Assembly (NCBI GenBank): GCA_017545665.1 | Contig: JAFWKQ010000034.1 | Coordinates: 26,302 to 90,301 of the forward strand | Source of the DNA: Atopobiaceae bacterium | GTDB taxonomy: Bacteria; Actinomycetota; Coriobacteriia; Coriobacteriales; Atopobiaceae | DNA: 64,000 nucleotides | Direction: 5' to 3' | Shown: positions 26,724-36,466 of the stretch, in pieces | How the letters are laid out: each line of letters starts with the position of its first letter | How positions within the stretch are numbered: position 1 is the first letter of the stretch | Made by a program: the position numbers and the translations under genes | Notes under the pieces: model-generated | Databases searched by the model: none | Seen by the model: only the letters and a program-made list of their open reading frames with translations | Told to the model about the DNA's origin: nothing

Positions 26724-28958
26724 CTATAAAAAGTCAGAGTAGTACTTAACCAACAGCTCAGGCGGTGCGTCCATATAGCGTATGTACAGTCGCTTGCGCG
26801 CTCTTGTAAAATGAACGTAGCGAAGCCTCTTCTCCTCATCTTCGTCTTCGCTCGCCCTCTTCGTGTAGTCCACAACTACATTGTCGAACTCAAGGCCTTT
26901 GCCCATCCATTCGGAAATTACGTACAACCCGGGCTCAAAATAGTCCTCAGTCCCTGAGCCCTTAAAACTCACACCCGCGTCGTTAAGACGCCTGTACCAG
27001 GTAGTACGTCTTCCGCTGATGAGCACGGTCGTCTCGTTCCTATTTGGCTCAGAGAGTTTCTTGAGCAGCCCTACGACCCTGTCATCGTCCGCATCCTGAA
27101 CGTAGACCATGTGCTTTGCTTCCTCATGCGACGACGAGCTACCCCAAAGCCTGTCGCTAAAGCAGCGGATCGCGTCAGAGTTTCGCTTGTTCTCCCTAAG
27201 CGTTATTGTGTGACCCTTCAGGCCCTCGTCGAGCTCCTTCCACGTGAAGTCTCGTTGGTATATCTTTTGATTCTCGTCCCCAGACAGGTACACGCGCGAC
27301 TGTTCGCTGCGGCGGAATCGCAAGAGCAGCCGTATGGAGGCAAGCGAGAAGTCCTGCACCTCATCGATTGCGATTACGTCATACGACGGGAGGCTACTCG
27401 ACGACATCAACCGTTTTGTTGCCTGCTCAATGGTGTACCTATCGTTGACGTCCAGCAGGCGGTTTAGTTCCGCGCGCACTTCTAGGATGATGCGACGGAT
27501 GTCCGCGCTAGGCCTTCGCCTGGTGCCACGACCAACTCGCTCTGCATTTGGGTATCTTCTCTCGGCGTCCCTGTCATCCAAAAAACGATCCTCGATCCAA
27601 CGCAGCTCATCCTTCAGCCATTCAAAGCCCTCATCGTCTTCCGAATCCAGGTAGTATTCACCCGCACGTTCCGGATGCCGCTCTGCGACGGTCTTTTGTG
27701 CCGTCTCCAGAAGACTGCCATAGAAGTCGTCAAACCCATAGATAATGCGAGACCGCTCGTATCGAACGTCCCCAGCGTAGTCCTCCAGGTATTCGTAACC
27801 CCTCTTTGGTTTTTTGCGAACCAGCTGGTTAATGAACTCGTCGTAATGGGTAACTGTAATACCTTTTACGTCTCCCTCATATCCAGCGAGGATTCCTCGC
27901 ACATAGGACGCAAGCCTCTTGTTAAAGCATATGAACAACGCGTTCTTGCGCTGATCTTCGAACAGGGTCGTTTGTCCGCCGGCATCGACTTCTGCAATTA
28001 TCTTGGCCAGAAGGCAAAGCGTTTTTCCTGTGCCAGCGCCACCGGCAATCTGTAGGATGTTGGTAACGGCGTTTGAGCCTCTTGGAAAGGCCATTACGTC
28101 AAACTGCCTGTCCGTCGCGCGCTTGTCTCCCTTAAGCAGCTTCTTTATGAAGTCGTGCTCGCTCAGTATCTCGGTGATCTGGGCATTGACCTCATCCACC
28201 TTGCTCTGAATAGGCTTTCTCTCCACCTTGAGCATCTCTAGGTTTTTGTCACACTGGGTAAGGAGCGTGTCGATGGCTTTCGCCGCGTGGTCCCTTTGGT
28301 GAGCTTCAACCGTTGCGCCGATCTCCTGGGCACGCGCTATGAGCGATGCCATCTCTGCCAGGCTGTCCTTGCTCGACTCATCGTACGCAGCGGCTTGCTT
28401 CCTGACCTTTTGAGCCTTCCTCTGAATATCCTTGTCGTTTGCCAACGATGACGCGAGCTTTGCCTTCTTGGACATAGAGGCAGCCTCCGCGTTCGGCATT
28501 ACGATGAATATGGGGTCATCTGCGGCCACCACCTCGTTTGTGCTCTTTGGAATAAACCCAAGCCTCTCCGCATTCCACCGAAGAAAGTCATCCAACATGT
28601 CAAGCGACATCTGCGCGTCAATTGCCTTTACGGACTCGTGATCGTGGGCGCCCTTGTTCCCCTTCACACGGATCTCGTGGCACTTTAGGGCCATAGGCCC
28701 ATCAAGAATTCCATCGTCTTCCGCGCAGTCGATGAGCTCCACAAGCTTCAAATAATCGTTTGGAGGCAGACCCACAAGCACTTTGAGCGCCTTTTCCACA
28801 ACACCCCTGCATCCAACAAGTGCGACTTCGGGATGATCCATACCAGTGCGTCGCCAATAATCGATTTCACTCGAAAGATCGCTTAGGCCCAGCTCGCGCT
28901 CCAAGTCGACCGCATGCTCCACCAGGTAGTCAAAATGCCTGATTTTTGTGTTTGCCAT
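26724..28958 (-). CDS. DUF4145-domain protein fused to a UvrD/Rep-like SF1 helicase/ATPase
   Basis: 744 aa. The N-terminus has …CHEIRVKGNKGAHD (the DUF4145 GN-x-x-AH signature), followed by a coiled-coil linker. The SF1 motifs are GGAGTGKTLCLL, AIDEVQDF, LSGDENQKIY, GLEFDNVVV and HFTRARKRLYI. Confidence 0.8.
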   Translation of the reverse strand: MANTKIRHFDYLVEHAVDLERELGLSDLSSEIDYWRRTGMDHPEVALVGCRGVVEKALKVLVGLPPNDYLKLVELIDCAEDDGILDGPMALKCHEIRVKGNKGAHDHESVKAIDAQMSLDMLDDFLRWNAERLGFIPKSTNEVVAADDPIFIVMPNAEAASMSKKAKLASSLANDKDIQRKAQKVRKQAAAYDESSKDSLAEMASLIARAQEIGATVEAHQRDHAAKAIDTLLTQCDKNLEMLKVERKPIQSKVDEVNAQITEILSEHDFIKKLLKGDKRATDRQFDVMAFPRGSNAVTNILQIAGGAGTGKTLCLLAKIIAEVDAGGQTTLFEDQRKNALFICFNKRLASYVRGILAGYEGDVKGITVTHYDEFINQLVRKKPKRGYEYLEDYAGDVRYERSRIIYGFDDFYGSLLETAQKTVAERHPERAGEYYLDSEDDEGFEWLKDELRWIEDRFLDDRDAERRYPNAERVGRGTRRRPSADIRRIILEVRAELNRLLDVNDRYTIEQATKRLMSSSSLPSYDVIAIDEVQDFSLASIRLLLRFRRSEQSRVYLSGDENQKIYQRDFTWKELDEGLKGHTITLRENKRNSDAIRCFSDRLWGSSSSHEEAKHMVYVQDADDDRVVGLLKKLSEPNRNETTVLISGRRTTWYRRLNDAGVSFKGSGTEDYFEPGLYVISEWMGKGLEFDNVVVDYTKRASEDEDEEKRLRYVHFTRARKRLYIRYMDAPPELLVKYYSDFL

Positions 28959-29223
28959 TGTATTGTCAGCAACCCCTCATGACTAAAGTGCAAGTGCAAC
29001 CTTGTTTGGTCAAAGAACGGAATCTGCATATGCATTTCAATCAATAATAGCCTAGGGCTTTTCTTGCGGGCTATGCCACCGCCAATCGGTCGTTTTACGA
29101 GGCTTTAGAAGCACGCTACTTGGGTTGCCTGGTCCTTAGGCGCACCATATCCGCCCCGTTTATCTTAAAAATCCAAATCGTGCTAGAGTATCCATGTATC
29201 CAATAGCGACCCAGGAGATTCTT

Positions 29224-32200
29224 ATGGGTTCCGTCACACGCGACATTTTTAAGGCCATTCACGAGCAAAAGTGTCTTAGTGTTGAGTACCGCAACAAGCA
29301 GGAACAGGTCACCCGCTATTGGATAGGCATCAACGACCTTAGCCCCCAAACGGGCAAAATCGACGGCGACGGGCTGCATCTGGGCACCTATACGCAACGA
29401 GGGCTCACCCTCTACGTGGATTCGATTCTCTCCTCTTCCGTTGTCGAAGGCTCTTTTCACAAAACGCCCGACCGTCTGCTCAGGGCCATCGAGGAGGACG
29501 AACGATACGAGAGGGTCTTTGGGTCTGTGCCCAACCTCAAGGTGCTCGACTATCTCTTTGATTGTGCAAAGCTCAACAATACCCCCTATGTTAGGGATTT
29601 TGCCCTCATATCGCGTGTGGACGAGCAGTCGTTTGCCAATCATGCCATACGACTTGATGACGAGCAATACGGACAAATGATTCGCCTCCTACAGGGCAAC
29701 GCTAGTAAGAGCGCATCCAAGAAGTCCATGGCATCAAGCAAGCAGATCGCCCTCAATGCCTTGAGCATCCATACGCGTCAGGGCCTCTACGTACTCGCCT
29801 ACCGTGAGCTTCGACTCGATGTAAAGGAGCGCGTCCTGGCCATAGGCAACAACGTCTTACTTTGTCGAGAGTTCACGGTTGTAAACGGTAGGGCACACGA
29901 GCAGCACTCCATAACCCGGTACTTGGACGAAACCGAACTTCATCTGCTCGACGACTACCAAACAAACAAAGAAGCAATCAAAGACAGCATAATGGAGCGT
30001 TGCGGCGATTCGGTACGTGTGGATGACGAGCCACACGTATACTCAATCAGACGTCGTGTACCCGAGTACCTGCAGGGTGAGTACGACGCAATAGCACACA
30101 TGTGCAACACTGGAAAGCCCACGCAACCCATCAAGGCCTTCTTCGGAAACCTCATACGGAGGCCAATCCGCCGCAAGGAATATCCTCTCTCGCTTGTGGA
30201 CCAACATGCGAATCTCGACCAACTGCTGGCCATAAACCAAGCAATTAAGTACCCGCTCACCTACGTGCAAGGACCACCGGGGACGGGAAAGACCAGCACG
30301 ATCGTGAATACCATAGTCAACGCGTACTGCAATAGGCGAACGGTCCTATTCGCCTCGTTCAACAACCATCCCGTTGACGGGGTGTTCCAGCAACTTACCT
30401 CGATTAGATACGGAGACCTCAACATCCCTTTCCCCGTTTTGCGGCTCGGGAACAAGGAGGTCGTCGCCCAGGCGCTTGACTACATCCGGGACCTCTATCT
30501 GCAGGTCAAGGATATGAACGCCCCACGTACAGAACCAATGTTGGGTAACGAAGAGAGCATCAACCGCGCCCAAACCCTAACCTCCTTGCTCAAGGAGTAT
30601 GAGGCACAGGTTGACTTGCTCGAACGCCAAGATTGCATCAAGGCGCTTGCGGCCACCAATAGCAACCTCAACTTTAAGGTGGAACTCGAGAGCAAGCAGT
30701 TGCCCGCGGTCACAAGGCAAATTGACGCAATGCCCTTTTTGGACGAGCTTCTGGTACGCGCGCAGCAACTAACAACGGGTGACTACGACGTACTCATGAA
30801 GTTTTTGCTTGGTGATTCGCTTTATAGAATCCAGGAACTTGGGAAGCCACGTTACGCCAACCTGCTCGACATCGTTATGTCCAACGGAAGTGACGAGGAA
30901 CGCATGCAAAGGTTCAACGCATATGTGGCCGACCAAAAAGGCCTGCGCATGCTGCAGAGAATCTTTCCCGTAATCGCAACCACCTGCATCTCCGCACGCC
31001 TGCTCGGACCAGCCGAGCCCTCGTTTGACATTACCATCATCGACGAGGCGAGCCAATGCGATACCGCAACAGCACTCGTTCCCATTCTGCGCGGCAAGAA
31101 TCTCCTGCTGGTTGGCGATCCCCAGCAACTGAATCCTGTTGTCTTGCTGGACAAAAGCGACAACATGGCATTGCGTCGCGCCTACAACGTGGGCGACGAG
31201 TACGACTACATAGAGAACTCGGTATATAAAACGTTCTTGGCGTGCGATTCCATAAGCAACGAGATCTTGTTGCACGCGCACTATAGATGCGACGAGCGCA
31301 TTATCGAATTCAATAACAAAAAGTATTACGGAAGCAAGCTTCAGATTAAATCCGGGCGAAAGCTTCCCGAGGCGCTCGAATTCATCGACGTCGAGTACGA
31401 TCCCACCTCAATCAAAAACGCCGCACCCGCAGAGGCCGACGAAATCGTGCGCTATGCCAAAGAGCATCCCCAACAGAGCATAGGGGTAATAACTCCCTTC
31501 GCAAACCAGCGTGCCACCATCCAGCAGGCCCTCGAACGATCGGGCGTTGCAAACGCAACATGCGGGACGGTGCACGCATTTCAAGGTGACGAAAAAGACG
31601 TTGTGCTTTTTTCTCTGGCGCTGACCAACCGCACGTCATCGGGAACATACAAGTGGCTCACGGAAAACCGGCAGCTCATTAACGTCGCAACTTCCCGTGC
31701 CCGCAACAAACTCGTCATAGTCTCGAACAGGGAAGCGCTCAAACGTTTGCACGCCACACGCGAGGATACCGACGACATCTATGAGCTTGCGGAATACGTC
31801 CGAACGAACGGCGTGTCTCGCGTTACGCCGCGTGGGGTTTCGTCACGCGCGCTCGGGGTAAAGCCATATAGCACCAAGACTGAGGATGCATTCCTCGAGT
31901 TGCTCAATCACGCGCTGGGCAACATCTTTGTTTCCGGGGCAAAGCATACCGTTCAGCACGAGGTTCCCATTGCAGCCGTATTTGACGAGGACATGCCTCC
32001 TGAATCCCTGTTCTACAGCGGGCGATTCGACTTTGTGGTGTACGAGACACAACCCGACAAGTCGGAGCTGCCCGTCTTGGCCATAGAGCTCGACGGCAAG
32101 GAGCATATCTCTGACGAGGCAGTACGTGCGCGCGACCGCAAGAAGGAGGCCATTTGCGAACGCCACGGGTTCCAGCTCATTCGCGTAGAGAATTCCTATG

Positions 32201-32259
32201 CCCGTCGATACCACTACATAAAAGAAATACTGGTCGAATACTTCAGGGGAAACCGTTAA
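29224..32259 (+). CDS. Upf1/DNA2-like SF1 helicase with a C-terminal DUF2726/Vsr-like endonuclease domain
   Basis: AGGAG lies 6 nt before ATG 29224 (the ORF track starts at 29194). The motifs are VQGPPGTGKTS, IIDEASQ, LVGDPQQLNPVV, HYRC, TVHAFQGDEKDVV and NVATSRARNKLVIV. The C-terminus has FDFVVYE…LAIELDGKEH…RDRKKEAICERHGFQLIRV. The N-terminal ~90 aa (LSVEYRNKQEQVTRYWIGINDL) is possibly WYL-like. Confidence 0.8.
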   Translation: MGSVTRDIFKAIHEQKCLSVEYRNKQEQVTRYWIGINDLSPQTGKIDGDGLHLGTYTQRGLTLYVDSILSSSVVEGSFHKTPDRLLRAIEEDERYERVFGSVPNLKVLDYLFDCAKLNNTPYVRDFALISRVDEQSFANHAIRLDDEQYGQMIRLLQGNASKSASKKSMASSKQIALNALSIHTRQGLYVLAYRELRLDVKERVLAIGNNVLLCREFTVVNGRAHEQHSITRYLDETELHLLDDYQTNKEAIKDSIMERCGDSVRVDDEPHVYSIRRRVPEYLQGEYDAIAHMCNTGKPTQPIKAFFGNLIRRPIRRKEYPLSLVDQHANLDQLLAINQAIKYPLTYVQGPPGTGKTSTIVNTIVNAYCNRRTVLFASFNNHPVDGVFQQLTSIRYGDLNIPFPVLRLGNKEVVAQALDYIRDLYLQVKDMNAPRTEPMLGNEESINRAQTLTSLLKEYEAQVDLLERQDCIKALAATNSNLNFKVELESKQLPAVTRQIDAMPFLDELLVRAQQLTTGDYDVLMKFLLGDSLYRIQELGKPRYANLLDIVMSNGSDEERMQRFNAYVADQKGLRMLQRIFPVIATTCISARLLGPAEPSFDITIIDEASQCDTATALVPILRGKNLLLVGDPQQLNPVVLLDKSDNMALRRAYNVGDEYDYIENSVYKTFLACDSISNEILLHAHYRCDERIIEFNNKKYYGSKLQIKSGRKLPEALEFIDVEYDPTSIKNAAPAEADEIVRYAKEHPQQSIGVITPFANQRATIQQALERSGVANATCGTVHAFQGDEKDVVLFSLALTNRTSSGTYKWLTENRQLINVATSRARNKLVIVSNREALKRLHATREDTDDIYELAEYVRTNGVSRVTPRGVSSRALGVKPYSTKTEDAFLELLNHALGNIFVSGAKHTVQHEVPIAAVFDEDMPPESLFYSGRFDFVVYETQPDKSELPVLAIELDGKEHISDEAVRARDRKKEAICERHGFQLIRVENSYARRYHYIKEILVEYFRGNR

Positions 32260-32618
32260 GGGAGGACGAGCAGTGGACAAACTTCATCCTGCGGAAAATG
32301 GCACAGTTATACCAAATATAAGTATGCCATTCGTTGGTCTCCGGTATCATCGATCACCCATCTCTAGAGCTTCAATGGCAGGCGCATAACCGTGCCTGGC
32401 CCCTTCGGTCCGCAACGCGAGTTAATGGAATACCACAACGAAGGTGTTTAGGGGATGTAGGCGTCGTCTTTGTCGCGAGGATCCGACACTATACATAACC
32501 GTGCCATTTGGCGACCCCACTTGGAGACCATGAGCACCAAGTCGCATAAAATAACGGAATAAGTACACCTCCGTTGTGGCATAAATGTATTGCCGAGGCG
32601 TAAGCTGAGGTTCCAAGA

Positions 32619-32650
32619 GCCAGGGGCAATCCCCTGGCACTTTCTTTATC
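32619..32650 (+). terminator. Hairpin terminator homologous to the one at 23758
   Basis: GCCAGGGG-CAAT-CCCCTGGC followed by ACTTTCTTTATC. The flanking TTCCAAGAGCC matches TTCAAGAGCC at 23751. Confidence 0.5.
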
Positions 32651-32664
32651 GGGAGGTGCTTCTA

Positions 32665-32955
32665 TTGCCGTCTCTCTCCGTGTTTTGTGACGAAGCAGGC
32701 CTTCAGAATATGTCAGCAGGCTTCTACATCCTCACTCTCGTCCTGCACGACCAGTCACATTCTATTGCATCTTTTATTTCCGACTATGAGACGCACCTTG
32801 AGCAAAACAAATTGCACAACATACCATTCCACATGAAGGACCTCCTGCACGGTCACGGTGATTACGAAGGAATTGAACAATCGGTACTTTGGTCTCAAGG
32901 GCGATTTCAAGCGCAACTATTTCAAGCAGGCACGAAGAAAGGCTATGTAGCCTAA
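32665..32955 (+). pseudogene. DUF3800-family gene remnant with a large internal deletion
   Basis: GGGAGG is followed by TTG 32665 and LPSLSVFCDEAGLQNMSAGFYILTLVLHDQSHSI…IPFHMKDLLHGHGDYEG, colinear with 23815..24489 for about 75 aa. The sequence then jumps to the last ~17 codons in another frame (GDFKRNYFKQARRKAM* versus NAFKKNWLKHIRRKRLK*). Confidence 0.6.
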
Positions 32956-32974
32956 CGAGCAATGGGGTTGACTG

Positions 32975-33139
32975 CTAAACGCCCTGCATGACCGTGCGCT
33001 TTTGACCAAGGACACGTACCTGGTTCTTCCACCATCCTCGTACGGCCAGGGCGAGCCTGGCGAGCAGTCGGATCACGGTCGTCGAGTCTGCGGCCAGTGC
33101 CGCGACCGACAGTGCAACAAGAATTTCGTGTATAGGCAT
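32975..33139 (-). CDS. 54-aa hydrophobic/basic peptide (second small-peptide family)
   Basis: AGGAGG lies 6 nt before ATG 33139. The product is MPIHEILVALSVAALAADSTTVIRLLARLALAVRGWWKNQ…. A 22-nt identical block (GGCGAGCAGTCGGATCACGGTC) and a homologous peptide tail (…TVTVIRLLAKLALGTCGRWKKHKRE*) recur at about 26046-26135. Confidence 0.35.
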   Translation of the reverse strand: MPIHEILVALSVAALAADSTTVIRLLARLALAVRGWWKNQVRVLGQKRTVMQGV

Positions 33140-33649
33140 GTTCGCCCTCCTTTCGAAGAACGCCGCCCGCGCGCGGACTCTGCAGGCACGTGCTTGGCAT
33201 TCTATCGATGCGGCGGGCGTCGGGAGCGCGCCCTTTTCGCACCACTGGCGCAAGACAACGGTGTAGTTAAGCCAGGTATAGGTGCGCCACTTCGAGACAC
33301 CCCGCCCCAGCGAAAACCTTTCGGACGGCCGCATGCCAACTGGTAACTACGCACAACGCATTTCATTGTGCATAGTTCCTCGAAGAAGCCCAGTTGGCTA
33401 ATCGCCGCGAACGTCAAATTACGCACCGTACTGCGTTGTGCGTAATTGGGCGTCCCGCACCGGCCGAGCAGTCACGTGCCCTTCTCACCCCTTCTATGCC
33501 TTTGCCCAAAGCGCATCGTTTGACTTCAGCATTACGGGATCTTCTCGCCACAGGGCAGCAGTCCACAACGGATGCCCCATCTCGGGCGCCCCCGCAACGC
33601 GCTCGGACCCAGCCCGCGCCCAGCGTCCCATTCCCCGAGCGACTTCATT

Positions 33650-33756
33650 ACATAAACAATGCAATCTGCACACAAAACGCGACGTAAGAAGGACTTCGTG
33701 TACATTACCTGCCTCGGAGTGTACACATGTTCGTTTTCGTGTCACGCTTTTTTAGG
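33650..33756. repeat. Nested-palindrome intergenic repeat, copy 1 (degenerate right arm)
   Basis: ATCTGCACACAAAACGCGACG … GTGTACA … GAGTGTACAC … CGTTTTCGTGTCACG followed by TTTTTT. It is the same family as 35686 and 39155. Confidence 0.7.
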
Positions 33757-34902
33757 TTGACTTTTTGATACGCTCTGAACTCCGATGCACATCCTTCTGC
33801 CTGTCCGCAGGAGTTAAAAGGTCGCTGCGTTGCCGGTTTATATTGCTATGGGGTACGCACAATGCTTTTCATTGGGTTGAATCCCGAGGTCATCCGTATG
33901 AGCGCCGCACTGGGGACGGACGGCGCGGGCTGACGGGGTGCGGAGTGCGCTGCGAGCATGCGCGCCTGGCACCCAAAATCCGTCCCGTTATTGTCTCATT
34001 TCTCGAATAATTTCTATTCTATCCATGTGTTTTTGCTGAGTGCATACACATTACGGGGCGTTTTTTTGTATGCGTTTCGGCCGCACGGGACAATCTTGCC
34101 CCGCAAAGCACAAGGTCAGAGGCAACGTTTTTTGGTGCCGTATCCGCCGTGTGCGGAATGCTGCCCCACTTTTGAGGCCGCCTAGCTGGGGATTTGCCGG
34201 GCTCGTTATGCCACCGGCGGAACACCGCACCCCACAACAGCTTGCCCCCGCAGGAGGATCCCACAAAAACGACCCGTCTAGCTGGGCAAACTCTCCAGAG
34301 CCATTCTGAGGCCCGCTTTTCCGCCATAAGGTGTCCTGTGCCGTCGATGCGGCAAAGGCAGCGTCATACGTCCTTCTGGGGTGTCGCCTGTTCTGCGCGA
34401 CAGCGTCTGCTGGGATTCTGCGCGACAACGTCTGGTTGGGGCGTGCTGCCGCTTGCGTCGCGAACGCCCAGATGGCGAGACGGAAGAGCGCTGCAGGAAC
34501 GAGGCTGCGTCCCCCGTAGGTGTTATAGCCGTTGAAAAACAATTTTAGGCACGCACTCCCTCGTCTCTTCCCCGTCAGCCTCGAATCCTTTCGCTCGTGC
34601 GGACCAGATGTCCGCCGCCCGCAGAAGCATAGCCGTCACATCAGGCATCTTACAGACGCGATGTTCGCTTTCCCCCGGTTCACTGGGCGTGTTGCTCACG
34701 CCTGGTGCAATGCCTGTTCTTCCGCATCGCACAAGCTCTTCTCGGAGTCAAGTGTCCTCAAGCTCTAAAACGCGACGACCCAACTGTGCCAACAAAGTCG
34801 AGCATTGTGGCCGCTCCCGAGGCGTGTCATGCATATACTTGTCTCGCCATAGCACGTCAACAGTAGGCAAATCAGCCAAAGGCACCGAGCAAGAGGGTAA
34901 CC

Positions 34903-35505
34903 ATGCAGTTTGAGCAAATAGAGAATCGTCTTAGGGCTCACCACGCCAATGGGAACATGCCACGTGAGGCAGCGGTACTCATTCCGCTGTTCGAGGGTCC
35001 TTCTGGCATCGAGGTTCTGCTCGAGGTGCGAGCAAAGTCGCTTTCCGTGCAACCTGGTGAGGTTTGTCTGCCGGGCGGGGGCATTGAGCACGGGGAAACG
35101 CCACGTGAGGCCGCGGTGCGCGAAACGTGTGAGGAGCTGCTCGTCTCTCCCACCCAAATCGAAGTGTTGGGGTCGATGGGAGCGGAGTCGGGGCCGGGCG
35201 GCATGCCACTCCACGTGTTCGTGGGAAAGCTAAGTGGCTACGAGGGAGGTTTCTCGGCCGACGAAGTAGACCACACCTTTTCGCTGTCCCTCTGTTGGCT
35301 CATGAGCCATGAGCCGCAGCTCTACGACGTGCGTATGCAACCGTCGTACCCTGCCAACTTTCCTTGGGAGTTGGTCCCAGGCGGCAGGGAGTATTCCTGG
35401 CGCACGCCATCCAGCACCGTTCCGTTCTACGCAGAAACCCACCCCGTGGTGTGGGGCGCCACCGCGCGCGTGCTCTGGCGGTTCATAGGCATCCTGCGCG
35501 GGTAG
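34903..35505 (+). CDS. NUDIX hydrolase, CoA pyrophosphatase-like
   Basis: 200 aa with AVLIPLF… and the Nudix box LPGGGIEHGETPREAAVRETCEEL. The length and the upstream region are typical of the NudL/CoAse subgroup. Confidence 0.75.
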   Translation: MQFEQIENRLRAHHANGNMPREAAVLIPLFEGPSGIEVLLEVRAKSLSVQPGEVCLPGGGIEHGETPREAAVRETCEELLVSPTQIEVLGSMGAESGPGGMPLHVFVGKLSGYEGGFSADEVDHTFSLSLCWLMSHEPQLYDVRMQPSYPANFPWELVPGGREYSWRTPSSTVPFYAETHPVVWGATARVLWRFIGILRG

Positions 35506-35685
35506 CTCCAGCATGGCTTCGCAAAGCCGCACAATGGCAAGCAAGCGCCCCGTCGCCCTGCTGGATTCAAAAACCGGCAGCCGACGAGCACGAGCGCACA
35601 CGCGATAAATGCCATCACTGCCAGCCAATACTCGGCCGCACGATTTGCGAGAGTGTGGCAGCGAGTGGCCCATGCGCCGCCTCGA

Positions 35686-35806
35686 ATCAAATATGAAATC
35701 TGCACACAAAACGCGACGCAAAAAGGGCCTTGTGTACACTCTCGGCCTCGGAGTGCACACAGGTCCGCTTTCGCGTCGCGTTTTGTGTGCAGATTGTTTT
35801 TTATAC
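35686..35806. repeat. Nested-palindrome intergenic repeat, copy 2 (best preserved)
   Basis: The outer arms are ATCTGCACACAAAACGCGACGC (35698-35719) and GCGTCGCGTTTTGTGTGCAGAT (35772-35793). The inner arms are GTGTACACTC and GAGTGCACAC. A TCAAATATGAAA leader precedes it and TTGTTTTTT trails it. Confidence 0.85.
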
Positions 35807-35983
35807 GCTCGCCCAAACCGTCAGCGAGGGCGCATCGCGCATCGCCGTCACACTCAAGCCGACCGCGCGCAGGCCGTCTCCCGCTGTTGTTCGCCGTTGG
35901 GCAAGCACTCGCCCTTCTCACCCAAAATCGCCTACAATGCACAGTCGAACAATCCGCTCAAGAAGTTCAGTGGGGAGCGCCGC

Positions 35984-36376
35984 ATGAAGACCTACCACGT
36001 CGTAGCCGCAATCATCAAAAAAGGCGACAAGATCTTTGCCACACAGCGCGGCTATGGCGACTACAAGGACGGCTGGGAGTTTCCAGGCGGAAAGATAGAG
36101 CCTGGCGAGACTCCCGAGCAGGCTCTCGTGCGCGAGATTACGGAAGAGCTTGGCATGACGATCGCCATCGACCGCCACGTGGTTAGCATCTCGTACGACT
36201 ACCCCGAATTCCACCTAGAGATGGGTAGCTACCTCTGCTCCATTGCGGAAGGCACCCCTCGCCTGCTCGAGCACGAGGCGGCCAAATGGCTCCGGGCCAG
36301 CGAGATCGATTCCGTCAACTGGCTGCCGGCAGACGTGCTCGTGGTGGATGCCCTCAAGGAGCAGGGAATCGCGTAG
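35984..36376 (+). CDS. mutT: MutT-type NUDIX hydrolase (8-oxo-dGTP / (d)CTP pyrophosphohydrolase-like)
   Basis: 130 aa from ATG 35984: VVAAIIKKGDKIFATQR…WEFPGGKIEPGETPEQALVREITEELG. The ORF-track extension back to 35609 runs through the palindromic repeat and is not credible. Confidence 0.8.
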   Translation: MKTYHVVAAIIKKGDKIFATQRGYGDYKDGWEFPGGKIEPGETPEQALVREITEELGMTIAIDRHVVSISYDYPEFHLEMGSYLCSIAEGTPRLLEHEAAKWLRASEIDSVNWLPADVLVVDALKEQGIA

Positions 36377-36390
36377 GCTCTTAAAAGCGG

Positions 36391-36460
36391 GACAAAGGGG
36401 ACAGTCCCCTTTGTCTCTTTCAGCTTATTTTGGGGCCAAAGGGGACTGTCCCCTTTGGCC
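36391..36460. terminator. Two tandem GGGGAC(A/T)GTCCCC-core hairpins between convergent genes (bidirectional terminators)
   Basis: GACAAAGGGGAC-A-GTCCCCTTTGTC (36391-36415) is followed by TCTTTCAGCTTATTTT. The second hairpin is GGCCAAAGGGGAC-T-GTCCCCTTTGGCC (36434-36460). Confidence 0.7.
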
Positions 36461-36466
36461 CACTTG

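Noticed and set aside
1-33000. Prophage or integrative element explaining the island
   Set aside because: No integrase/recombinase, capsid, terminase, conjugation genes or tRNA attachment site are present. Only an IS110 remnant and MITE-like elements were seen.
33880-33910. tRNA-like T-loop string GGGTTGAATCCCGAGG
   Set aside because: The flanking sequence cannot form a T-stem or acceptor stem, and no cloverleaf could be drawn.
33002-35760. Dozens of overlapping 60-170-aa ORFs on both strands
   Set aside because: They are mutually exclusive and Arg/Pro/Ala/Cys-rich, with no RBS or motifs. This is the expected noise for GC-rich non-coding or decayed DNA.
35609-35983. ORF-track extension of the mutT-like gene back to 35609, and overlapping ORFs 35230..35942
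   Set aside because: The extension reads straight through the nested-palindrome repeat and has no protein-like composition. ATG 35984 gives a canonical 130-aa MutT.
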